From NCBI GenBank assembly GCA_023475235.1, contig JAMCWG010000116.1:23876-87875 (forward strand): 64,000 bases of DNA. Reading direction: 5' to 3'. This DNA is from Chloroflexota bacterium (lineage in GTDB: Bacteria > Chloroflexota > UBA6077 > FW602-bin22 > JAMCWG01). The notes beneath the pieces are model-generated. The model was given only the letters and a program-made list of their open reading frames with translations, was not told where the DNA came from and did not search any database. Both the position numbers and the translations under genes were made by a program. Positions 36,536 to 44,777 of the stretch are shown here, piece by piece (positions within the stretch are counted from its first letter, which is position 1; each line of letters starts with the position of its first letter).

Positions 36536-37717
36536 TTACTGCGAAGGCAGCGTGCCCAACGTCACTTTTATGCTCGTCTTTTGGTTGCCTCTGAGCACCG
36601 TCAGCGTGACCGTATCTCCCGGCTTGTGCGTGCTGATGGCCTTGGCCAGGTCGGAGTCTCCCACCAAAGGGGTGCCATCGATCTCGGTGATGACATCTTG
36701 CGCGCGAAGGCCGGCGGTAGCGGCAGGCGAGCCCGGAACGACTTGCTGGACGACCACGCCTGAGGTCTGGTTGATGCCCAACTGGGCGGCGATGGGGGGA
36801 TTGAGCGGGACGTAGCTGACGCCCATGAACGCGTGGACGACCTGCCCCGTGGCCACGAGCTGATCGGCGATCGGCTTCGCGGCGTTGATGGAGATAGCGA
36901 ATCCGATGCCGACGGCCTGTACGCCCGGCTCTGCCTGGCCGGCGACCAGGGTGTTGATCCCGATCACCTGCGCGTCCAGGTTCAGCAAGGGCCCGCCTGA
37001 GTTCCCGGGATTGATGGGCGCGTCCGTCTGGACGACATCGAACAGGAACGGCCCTTGGCTGGTGGCTGCGCCCGGGATAGCAGAGCTGGACCCCGGCTCT
37101 TGGACGGTCCGGCCGAGGGCGCTCACCGTGCCCTTGGTCACCGTGGGCCCGCCGGGAAGGGCAAGGGCATTGCCGATGGCTACCACCCAGTCGCCTATCT
37201 GCAGTTGGCTCGAGTCACCCAACTGGGCGATGGGCAGGTTGTCGCCGGTGATCTGGACCACCGCCAGGTCGGTCTGGGGGTCACGTCCGATCAGCTTGCC
37301 GTCGAACGACCTTCCGTCCGGCAGCGACACCAGCAGTTGCTGCGCCCCCTCGACGACGTGGTTGTTGGTCAGGACATGCCCTTGATTGTCGTAGATGACC
37401 CCGGAGCCGACACCTTGCGGCACGGCGAACGGGCGGTTGAACTGGTCGGTCTGGATCTGCTGACTGGTGATCTGCACGACGGATGGCCTGGCGGCTGCAG
37501 CCACATCGCGGATAGCGTTGCGGAAATCGCCGTTCGTCGCCGCCACCGTGCTCCCAGAAGGCGCCTGCTGTGTGGTCGGCGCGACGGCCGCGGCAGGAGG
37601 CGCAGCGGTGACGCCCGTCGGTGCGATGCTGGCTAACTGGCAGCCGGCACCGAACAGGACGATCATCATCGCTACGAGCAACACCGCCGCAAATCCTCGG
37701 AAACCGTGAGTCTTCAT
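36536..37717 (-). CDS. HtrA/DegP-like trypsin serine protease with PDZ domain (probable lipoprotein)
   Basis: TNNHV, DLAVV, INPGNSGG triad; C-terminal PDZ; lipobox-like FGAGC. Confidence 0.93.
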   Translation of the reverse strand: MKTHGFRGFAAVLLVAMMIVLFGAGCQLASIAPTGVTAAPPAAAVAPTTQQAPSGSTVAATNGDFRNAIRDVAAAARPSVVQITSQQIQTDQFNRPFAVPQGVGSGVIYDNQGHVLTNNHVVEGAQQLLVSLPDGRSFDGKLIGRDPQTDLAVVQITGDNLPIAQLGDSSQLQIGDWVVAIGNALALPGGPTVTKGTVSALGRTVQEPGSSSAIPGAATSQGPFLFDVVQTDAPINPGNSGGPLLNLDAQVIGINTLVAGQAEPGVQAVGIGFAISINAAKPIADQLVATGQVVHAFMGVSYVPLNPPIAAQLGINQTSGVVVQQVVPGSPAATAGLRAQDVITEIDGTPLVGDSDLAKAISTHKPGDTVTLTVLRGNQKTSIKVTLGTLPSQ

Positions 37718-37791
37718 TTCGTCCTCCTTCACTCTAATAGCCTCTCCAATTAAAATAATGGCGCGCCGCACGGCAATCGTTGCCCAATTCC

Positions 37792-39072
37792 CTACTGTGG
37801 GGTTGTGCTCTGGGTCAGCTCTTGCAGGGCCCGCAGCAGTTGGGTATCCTGGCTGGCCTGGAGCTGCTCCGGCGTGAGGCTGCTCTCTTCTTCGGGGATG
37901 AGCGGGACTGCGTCCGGGGGCAGCGCCACCTGGATGTTGGGTACGATGCCGTGGTGCCATATCTGGTGTCCGTCCGGCGTCAGCCACTCTGAAGTTCCCA
38001 GCAGGACCGCCGACCCGTCGCTCAGGTTGTATTGTGTGAGCACGGTGCCGGTGCCGAAGGTAATCGTTCCCACCAGTGGGGCGCGCTTATGGTCCTGTAT
38101 GGCCCCGGCCACGACCTCTGCCGAGCTGGCGCTGCCTTCGTTGACCAGGACGACCAGCGGGTCATCGAGGGCCACGCCGCCTGATTGCACGGGAAACGGC
38201 CTTGTGTGGCCCTGCGCGTCCCGCTCGAGAAGAACGTTCCCATCCCGCAGGAACTGGCTGGCCGTCCCGACAGCTTCCTGCAGCAGGCCGCCCGGATTGT
38301 TTCGCAGGTCGAGGATGAGGCCCGTCGCGCCGGCGGCGTGGGCAGCGTTGATGGCTGCCACGAGCTGATCGGTGCTGTGCTCGCCGAATTCGCTGACCTG
38401 CACGTGAGCGACGGTGGTGCCCGGCAGCGTCGCCCAGGAGACCATCGGCACCTTCACTTCGGCACGGACGATGGTGATATTGGTGAGGCTGGTCTCCCCA
38501 CGATGAATCACGGTCAAAGTCACGCTGGTGCCCGGCTTACCGCGCACCAGGGAAACGATCTGGTCCAGCGAGAGGCTCGATACGTCCTGGCCGTCGACTC
38601 GAACGATAGTGTCTCCGGGGCGCAGGCCTGCCTTTTGAGCAGGAGACCCAGGAATTGGGGCTACGATGGTGGGCCGGCCATTGCGCACTCCGAGCTCGGC
38701 GCCGATCCCTTGGAGCTGTCCGGACAGGGATTCCTGCTCTGACTTCAAGTCCTGGGGCGAGAGAAAGCGGGTGTGGCCCACATCTCCGAGTGAGGCGAGC
38801 ATTCCCTGAATGGCCCCGTAGGTCATTTGGACGGGGTTGATTGCGCTCCGGTCGACGTAGTGCTGCTGGACCAGGTCCCACGTCTCCCAGAATATGCTGA
38901 AAGTGGAGGCAACATCGGGGGGCTCGAATACGAGCGTGCCGGGGAGCACGCCGGCACGCTCGGCCGAGACACCGCCAACAAAGCCTCCACCGAGCAAAAT
39001 CAAGGCGGCGATGAGGGCCAGCAAAACGCGTATTCTGGGCTTGTGTAGCTGCTTCATCTTCACCTGAAGCAT
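37792..39072 (-). CDS. S41 family C-terminal processing peptidase (CtpA-like)
   Basis: GIG-PDZ, LDLRNNPGG, SASSAE and TFGTG motifs. Confidence 0.93.
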   Translation of the reverse strand: MLQVKMKQLHKPRIRVLLALIAALILLGGGFVGGVSAERAGVLPGTLVFEPPDVASTFSIFWETWDLVQQHYVDRSAINPVQMTYGAIQGMLASLGDVGHTRFLSPQDLKSEQESLSGQLQGIGAELGVRNGRPTIVAPIPGSPAQKAGLRPGDTIVRVDGQDVSSLSLDQIVSLVRGKPGTSVTLTVIHRGETSLTNITIVRAEVKVPMVSWATLPGTTVAHVQVSEFGEHSTDQLVAAINAAHAAGATGLILDLRNNPGGLLQEAVGTASQFLRDGNVLLERDAQGHTRPFPVQSGGVALDDPLVVLVNEGSASSAEVVAGAIQDHKRAPLVGTITFGTGTVLTQYNLSDGSAVLLGTSEWLTPDGHQIWHHGIVPNIQVALPPDAVPLIPEEESSLTPEQLQASQDTQLLRALQELTQSTTPQ

Positions 39073-39303
39073 AACAGAATAAAGGAACTGCTCGTGATCT
39101 ATGTGCAGGAGAGATTAAATAGACCAAACGCTGGGCCAGAGTGCAATAAGCACAGAGGCCAAGTCCCCAGTAATATTATACAACATTGTCCGGCCCGCAC
39201 CTTCGAATGTTATGGCCCTGGCGTTCATTACCCTGTCCGTCGCCTGATCAGGCGGAGATCAGGCCGTCGATCGCAAAGCCCCAACGCCGCTGGCTGGAAG
39301 CCT

Positions 39304-39384
39304 CACCTAAACTAAAGCCAAAGTGAAACTCGCGTGGTTTTCCCGGGATTCCATGTAGATCCCACCTTAGCTTTGGTTTAGTGT
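39304..39384. repeat. Short element bounded by about 22-bp imperfect inverted repeats (MITE-like)
   Basis: CACCTAAACTAAAGCCAAAGTG ... CACCTTAGCTTTGGTTTAGTGTG. Confidence 0.5.
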
Positions 39385-39456
39385 GCGCACACGAGATAGA
39401 GTACAATACGCAGAGGGCAGCGAAATTATGACTGAGTCACGAGGAGGAAGACTACG

Positions 39457-40290
39457 GTGAAGGTAGGCATACACGCCGGTGCCCAGGATATCAAAGGGCT
39501 GATCGAGTTCTGCAAGCGCATCAATGTCGATGAAATCTGCCTTTCAGCGTCGTCTATCGACGGCTACAAACAGAACGGCTACCCGGACCCGGCCAGCCTG
39601 AAGCGGGTCATCGACGCTCTGAACAAGGCGGGGATTAACGTGCCGACGATGAACATCGGCCGCCCAAGCCCGGCAGCGCTGCTGGGGGAGCTTTCGGCTC
39701 GCGGCGAGGCGGAAGCATTCCGGCGGACGGTCCAGGTGGTGGGCGAGGCGGGCGTGTACAGCGCGCTGTACTACAACCGCGCGCCGGCTCCGGCGCCCGG
39801 GATTTCAGAGGAAGAGCAGTGGGTCCGGATGCTCGCCTTCTTTCGACCGATTATCGAACAGGCTGAGAAGTCCGGTCTGCGGCTGGCCGCCCACGCTTAC
39901 TACATCCCCGGCACCATGCTCGTCTGGGACGAGGCCACCAACTGGCGGTTTTTCGAGGCCCTGCCCAGCGAGTACAATGCACTCACCTACTGCACCAAAA
40001 TGTACATGGGCGGCGACGACGTATACGAGACCATTCCCGCCTACGGCGACAAGATCGTCTTCGCTCACGCCCGCGACTTGAAGCGCAGCGTGGGGACGGA
40101 CTACTGGCTCCGCTACGATGAGACGATGCCCGGCGAGGGCGACCTGGACTGGAACCGGGTGTTCACCCTGCTGAAAGGCATCGGCTATCAGGGCCTCATC
40201 TGTCCGGAGCACCTGGGGCCGAAGAGGCCCGGCCAGACCGACCAGGACCAGTTGGCCGAGGCGGTGGCCTACCTGCAGAAGCTAGTCTAG
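39457..40290 (+). CDS. Xylose-isomerase-like TIM barrel (mannonate dehydratase/sugar phosphate isomerase-like)
   Basis: KIVFAHARD, PGEGDLDW and GYQGLICPEH motifs; strong RBS. Confidence 0.75.
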   Translation: MKVGIHAGAQDIKGLIEFCKRINVDEICLSASSIDGYKQNGYPDPASLKRVIDALNKAGINVPTMNIGRPSPAALLGELSARGEAEAFRRTVQVVGEAGVYSALYYNRAPAPAPGISEEEQWVRMLAFFRPIIEQAEKSGLRLAAHAYYIPGTMLVWDEATNWRFFEALPSEYNALTYCTKMYMGGDDVYETIPAYGDKIVFAHARDLKRSVGTDYWLRYDETMPGEGDLDWNRVFTLLKGIGYQGLICPEHLGPKRPGQTDQDQLAEAVAYLQKLV

Positions 40291-41709
40291 ACCGACCTGC
40301 GGCTTGGCCGTCCGCGCCCTCTGCCGGACCACGGCCGCCGACCCGCTGAGCGCGGCGACCACCGCGCTCAGCGCCACTGCGAGCGAGCCGAACGCGAGGG
40401 CCGCCTGGAACGAGCCGGCCATCTCGGCCGGGGTCAGGCCGGTGAGCGGCGGCAGGAGCGTGGCGCCCACGGCCACGCCGACCGATTGTCCGAGGTTGCG
40501 CCGGGCGCCGATGGCGCTGGAGGCCATGCCGAGCCGGCCCCTGGGCACGGAGCCCATTATGGCGCTCATATTGGGCGAGAAGAACAGCCCCGATCCGACG
40601 CCAATGACCACCAGCAGCGCCATCAGGTGCCACAAGTCCGACGTTTCATCCAGCCGGCTCAGCCCCAGGATGCCCAGTCCTACGACGAGGGCGCCGGCCG
40701 TCGCCAGAATGCGGGTCCCGGTGCGGTCCGATAGCCAGCCGCTGAGGGAAGAGAAGAACATACGCACGAGGGGCACTATAGAGGCAAGCATGCCGGCCGT
40801 CGCCGGGCCCAGCAGCAGCACTTGCTGGACGAACAGCGGCACGACCAGGTCGGACAGGGAAGTGCCCATAAAGATGAAGAAGGCGCTGAGCAGCGAGAGG
40901 GAGAACAGGCGGGTGGAGAACAATGACAGGTCGACCATCGGTTCCTTGCTGCGACGCTCAACCAGCAGAAAGACACCAAGCGCGGCGACGAACACGGCCA
41001 AATAAGCCAGCACGTCGATCGAAGCCCAGCCCGATGACTTGGCCTGGTTGAGGCCCAGCAGCAGGCAGGTGACGGAGAATGCGAAAAGCAGCGCGCCCGC
41101 GATGTCGACGCTGTACGACCTGGAGGGCCGCTGCGAGGGCAGGATGATGGTCGCGACGATGAAGCCGATGAGTCCCAGCGGCACATTCGAGAGGAACACA
41201 TACCGGGGGCCCAAGGTGGCGGATACGAACCCGCCGATGATGGGCCCGATGAAGTAGCCTGCCCCCACCAGGGTGCTGTTGATGCCCAGGGCGGTCCCCC
41301 GCTGATGAACGGGGAAGCACTCGGTCAGAATGGCCGACGAGTTGGCCGACAGCATCGACGCGCCCAGGGTCTGGATGCCCCTGAATAACAGCAACAGCGG
41401 GAAGCTCGGCGCCAGGGTGCAGAGGATGGAGCCCGCGCCGAACACCAGGAAGCCGCCGGTGAACACGCGCTTGTTGCCGAGTATGTCGGAGAGCCGCCCG
41501 AAGATGAGCAGGGTGCTGGTGATAGTCAGGAAGCCGATCAGGACCAGCCAGGAGGCGGTAGACGTGCTGACCTCGAAGGTCTGGGCGAGCCGGTAAAGCG
41601 CTACGTTGATGCTGCCGGAATCGCTAGTAGTGAGCACGACGCCGAGCCCTACCCCGATTTGGACAAGCCACAGCCGGCCGCGGGACATCGGTACATAGTC
41701 TTGGGACAA
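40282..41709 (-). CDS. DHA2 (EmrB/QacA-like) MFS efflux transporter
   Basis: GRLSDILGNKR, GPIIGG, FLSNVPLG and EPMVDLSLF motifs; about 14 TM. Start codon uncertain. Confidence 0.9.
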   Translation of the reverse strand: MSQDYVPMSRGRLWLVQIGVGLGVVLTTSDSGSINVALYRLAQTFEVSTSTASWLVLIGFLTITSTLLIFGRLSDILGNKRVFTGGFLVFGAGSILCTLAPSFPLLLLFRGIQTLGASMLSANSSAILTECFPVHQRGTALGINSTLVGAGYFIGPIIGGFVSATLGPRYVFLSNVPLGLIGFIVATIILPSQRPSRSYSVDIAGALLFAFSVTCLLLGLNQAKSSGWASIDVLAYLAVFVAALGVFLLVERRSKEPMVDLSLFSTRLFSLSLLSAFFIFMGTSLSDLVVPLFVQQVLLLGPATAGMLASIVPLVRMFFSSLSGWLSDRTGTRILATAGALVVGLGILGLSRLDETSDLWHLMALLVVIGVGSGLFFSPNMSAIMGSVPRGRLGMASSAIGARRNLGQSVGVAVGATLLPPLTGLTPAEMAGSFQAALAFGSLAVALSAVVAALSGSAAVVRQRARTAKPQVGLD

Positions 41710-41869
41710 AACGTACGCTCCCCACGGTAGGATCAAAGGACATGCTACCATACATGCCGGCGATGTGGCACGCACTCAGATGGAGGCTTTGGGGGCAGCG
41801 TCTCTTGCAGAGGGAGCTTGAGGAAGGTGGCCGACCCGCCGGCTGGCTGTGGAGCGGCTTGGGCTGCGA

Positions 41870-42802
41870 CTAACCTGGGGCGGGGGCGATGGAGGGGGCT
41901 GGTTCCGCGGCGATGGCTTGCTCCTGGGCGATGACGCTCTTGAGGGCGGCCAGGGCCACCTCTATCTGATGTTCGTCCGGCTCGCGTGTCGTCAGGGACT
42001 GCATAGCCAGGCCGGGCAGGAGCAGCAGTCGGACCAGCCGGTTGCGCTGGTGGGCCGCGCCGACGCGGATGAGCTCGTAGGCGATGGCGGCGACGATAGG
42101 AATCAGTACTATGCGAGAGACGATGCGCTCGACCAGGGGAGGCTGGCCCAGCAACAGAAACAGAACGAAGGAGACGACGACCACCACCAGTAGGAAGCTG
42201 GTGCCGCAGCGGGGATGGGATGTGCTGTACTTCTTCACGTGCGCGACTTCCAAGGGCGCGCCGGCCTCGAACGCGTTCACGGCCTTGTGCTCGGCGCCGT
42301 GATAGGCAAACACGCGGCGGATATCCGGCATGAAGCCGATGCCATAGATATAGCCGATCAGCAGCCCCAGCCTCAACGCTTTTTCGAGGAAGTTGCTGAC
42401 CAACGACGACATGTTGGCCTCAAAAGAAGACCGGATGAACGGGTCGAGCGTTCCGGCCACCAGGGCAGGGAGCACGAAGAAGACGCCCACGGCCATTGCC
42501 AATGAGAGCGCCATCGTGCCCCATATCACGCCGGAAGTAGGCTTCTCTTCTTCCTCGTCGATGGCGATGTTGGCCGAGAAGAGGAGGGCGCGGATGCCGA
42601 GCAACAGGGTGTCCCACAGATTGAGCGGGCCGCGGACGATGGGCCAGCGCGCCCAGGCCTTCTCGTAGACCAGCCCCCGCAGATGCTCGGTCTGGGTCAC
42701 GATGTGGCCCGACGGGCTGCGGACCGCGGAGACGACAACGCGGCCGCCGCGCATCATCACCCCTTCGATGATCGCCTGCCCGCCGTATCTAACCTCGTTC
42801 AT
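41870..42802 (-). CDS. DUF1385 (YqhQ-like) membrane protein
   Basis: GGQAIIEGVMM, YHGAEHK, HPRCGTSF and TTREP motifs. Confidence 0.92.
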   Translation of the reverse strand: MNEVRYGGQAIIEGVMMRGGRVVVSAVRSPSGHIVTQTEHLRGLVYEKAWARWPIVRGPLNLWDTLLLGIRALLFSANIAIDEEEEKPTSGVIWGTMALSLAMAVGVFFVLPALVAGTLDPFIRSSFEANMSSLVSNFLEKALRLGLLIGYIYGIGFMPDIRRVFAYHGAEHKAVNAFEAGAPLEVAHVKKYSTSHPRCGTSFLLVVVVVSFVLFLLLGQPPLVERIVSRIVLIPIVAAIAYELIRVGAAHQRNRLVRLLLLPGLAMQSLTTREPDEHQIEVALAALKSVIAQEQAIAAEPAPSIAPAPG

Positions 42803-42945
42803 TTACCACCCTATTCCGGTCCTCTTCTCAGGCAAACCCTTATTGCGAAAACAAGGGAAGGCAGGCCAATTGCAGGCGGTTGCCTTCCCTATTGTATCAC
42901 ACGCTATGCTGCGCCGAAGCCGATGCAACAGGTCCCTGCCGGGAA

Positions 42946-43215
42946 TCAGGCCTGAGAGGATGAGCCCTCCTTGCCTTCTCTTGCTTCGCCCGACGAGCTC
43001 CCGCTCGCCCGCCTGGACGCGTCCAGCCGGCGCATGAACCGCTCCACCTGGCCTCCCGTGTCCAGGATGCGCTGCTGCCCCGTGAAAAACGGATGGCAGA
43101 CGGAGCAAATCTCCACTCTGATCGCGGGCTTGGTGGACCCGGCCTTGATGGCGTTGCCACAGGCGCACGAGATCGTGGCATCTTCATAATATTTCGGATG
43201 GATTCCTTTTTTCAT
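42946..43215 (-). CDS. rpmE: 50S ribosomal protein L31 (zinc-binding type)
   Basis: [20 protein letters not shown] motifs. Confidence 0.97.
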   Translation of the reverse strand: MKKGIHPKYYEDATISCACGNAIKAGSTKPAIRVEICSVCHPFFTGQQRILDTGGQVERFMRRLDASRRASGSSSGEAREGKEGSSSQA

Positions 43216-43223
43216 CGCTTGCC

Positions 43224-43478
43224 TCAGGCCGGGATAATACTGGCTTGTTTCTTGTTCTTGCGGGCGTAGTCGAAGGCCACGGCGCCGTCCACTTTGGCGT
43301 AGAGTGTATGGTCGCGGCCGATACCCACGTTCTCGCCGGGCAGGATTTGCGTGCCCCGCTGCCGCAGGATGATGGTCCCCGCGCGTACGGCCTGACCGGC
43401 GTAGCGCTTCACGCCTAGCATTTTGGGCTTGCTGTCCCGCCCGTTGCGAGAGCTACCCATTCCTTTCTTGTGTGCCAT
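43224..43478 (-). CDS. rpmA: 50S ribosomal protein L27
   Basis: [15 protein letters not shown]; no Firmicutes-type N-terminal extension. Confidence 0.98.
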   Translation of the reverse strand: MAHKKGMGSSRNGRDSKPKMLGVKRYAGQAVRAGTIILRQRGTQILPGENVGIGRDHTLYAKVDGAVAFDYARKNKKQASIIPA

Positions 43479-43493
43479 CGGTTCTTCCCCTTC

Positions 43494-43823
43494 TTAGTCT
43501 GCGGACTCTGCAGCCGTGGTGATGCCCAGTATGGCCAGCCGGGTTAGGGGCTGTCGATGGCCCAGCTTGCGGCGGTAGCGGGTCTTGTTCTTGTACTTGA
43601 AGACAATCACCTTATCGTCTTTGAAATGGCCCATCACCTGGGCTACCACCTTAGCCCCTGCCACGTGGGGCTGCCCCACGATAGTGCCTTCGTCGCCCAC
43701 CACCATAAGGACCCGGTCCAACTCGATGGTCTCGCCCTCGGCCGCCGGCAGTTGCTCTACCTCGATCCGCTGGCCTATCTCAACTTTGTATTGCTTGCCA
43801 CCTGTGTCGATAACCGCGTACAC
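43494..43823 (-). CDS. rplU: 50S ribosomal protein L21
   Basis: YAVIDTGGKQYKV and GHRQPLT motifs; GTG start with GGAGG RBS. Confidence 0.98.
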   Translation of the reverse strand: MYAVIDTGGKQYKVEIGQRIEVEQLPAAEGETIELDRVLMVVGDEGTIVGQPHVAGAKVVAQVMGHFKDDKVIVFKYKNKTRYRRKLGHRQPLTRLAILGITTAAESAD

Positions 43824-43872
43824 GCTATCCTCCGATACTAACGGCTGGCCCACCTGAAAACGACTGAGAGTC

Positions 43873-43902
43873 AGTATACCAAGATAGCCCGCTCGGTGTC
43901 AA
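43873..43902 (-). promoter_or_regulatory. Promoter of rplU-rpmA-rpmE
   Basis: TTGACA-18 nt-TATACT on the minus strand. Confidence 0.7.
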
Positions 43903-43914
43903 ATTATGCAATTC

Positions 43915-44043
43915 GTCATGCTGAACGAAGCGAAGCATCTCAACGCCCCGCACATAGCTGTCGCAAATTGGATTGAGGTCCTTCGCTTTCGGCGCCACGT
44001 CCTGGCGCCCTTCTGGGTCGATTGGCGGCAGGACAGGGTGACA
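43915..44043. repeat. Degenerate GTCATGCTGA..GAAGCGAAGCATCT-type palindromic repeat
   Basis: GTCATGCTGAACGAAGCGAAGCATCT ... GAGGTCCTTCGCT ... CAGGGTGACA. Confidence 0.6.
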
Positions 44044-44195
44044 ATCGAGAGACCACGTCCAGCGTCACCAGTTGCGGTTGCGGAAGGTGTTTCTGCAGAG
44101 GTAGAGGGAGAGGTCAGTAACTCACGAATGTGGGATCGTGGTTGTGAGAAAAACCAACCCATCCCAGTGAGGTACTCGCCTATGTCCATTGTAAC

Positions 44196-44263
44196 TTCGA
44201 CGAGGTCACGGATCTTGTCCAGGTCCATCTTCATCCTCTCCTGTGAATTGAGATGCGGCGGCC
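44196..44263 (-). pseudogene. Duplicated 5' fragment (leader, RBS, first 13 codons) of the RraA-family gene at 10541
   Basis: 68 bp is the reverse complement of 10512-10579 with one mismatch; reads MKMDLDKIRDLVE and then diverges. Confidence 0.85.
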
Positions 44264-44511
44264 ATCGCCACCCTTGGATCGCCATGGTCCTTTGAACATC
44301 ATAGGAGCTATTCGCTGGTTAGGATAGCCCATCTTCCACGATGCCGACCAGAAATGCTTGACTCGCCCGCGAGGCTATGCCACAATTCTGGCGGACCCCA
44401 AGGCATGTAAAATGTGGCGACCACGGCCCCCCATACTAGACCGCGGCGAGAAGCCGGGCGCCGTGCTGGACTGGGACTACATAAATGCTCACACAACTTT
44501 CAAGGGTTGAA

Positions 44512-44614
44512 GCAGGGGCGAAGCACTTCCTGCTGTCGGTAGTGACGACTTCAGTCGCTGGGACGGTCACGACTCAAGTCGTCACTACCAGGTTGAACGC
44601 CGGGGTGCCCCTGC
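44512..44614. repeat. Nested REP doublet (same architecture as 13677-13775)
   Basis: Outer GCAGGGGCGAAGCA ... GCCCCTGC; inner GTAGTGACGACTTCAGTCG ... CGACTCAAGTCGTCACTAC. Confidence 0.8.
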
Positions 44615-44777
44615 CGGCAGATGTCTAGACGAGGAGGTGAAAGGAAGGTCGAGTGAGATCAAGGTATTCGTGGTCGTAATCGCGACGCTGTAGTCGGGAT
44701 ATCGCTCTTTTATCGGTCCAACGATACTGCCCTGGACTTGGAAGAGAAAGGGCACGGAAGACAGGGAGGAGAAGTCG

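Noticed and set aside
43899-44295. 128-129 aa ORFs on both strands upstream of rplU
   Set aside because: Composed of a palindromic repeat plus the duplicated RraA 5' fragment; not supported as genuine genes.
44300-44777. Possible riboswitch in the long leader of the SBP gene
   Set aside because: No cobalamin, SAM, TPP or T-box consensus recognised; the visible structure is explained by REP elements.
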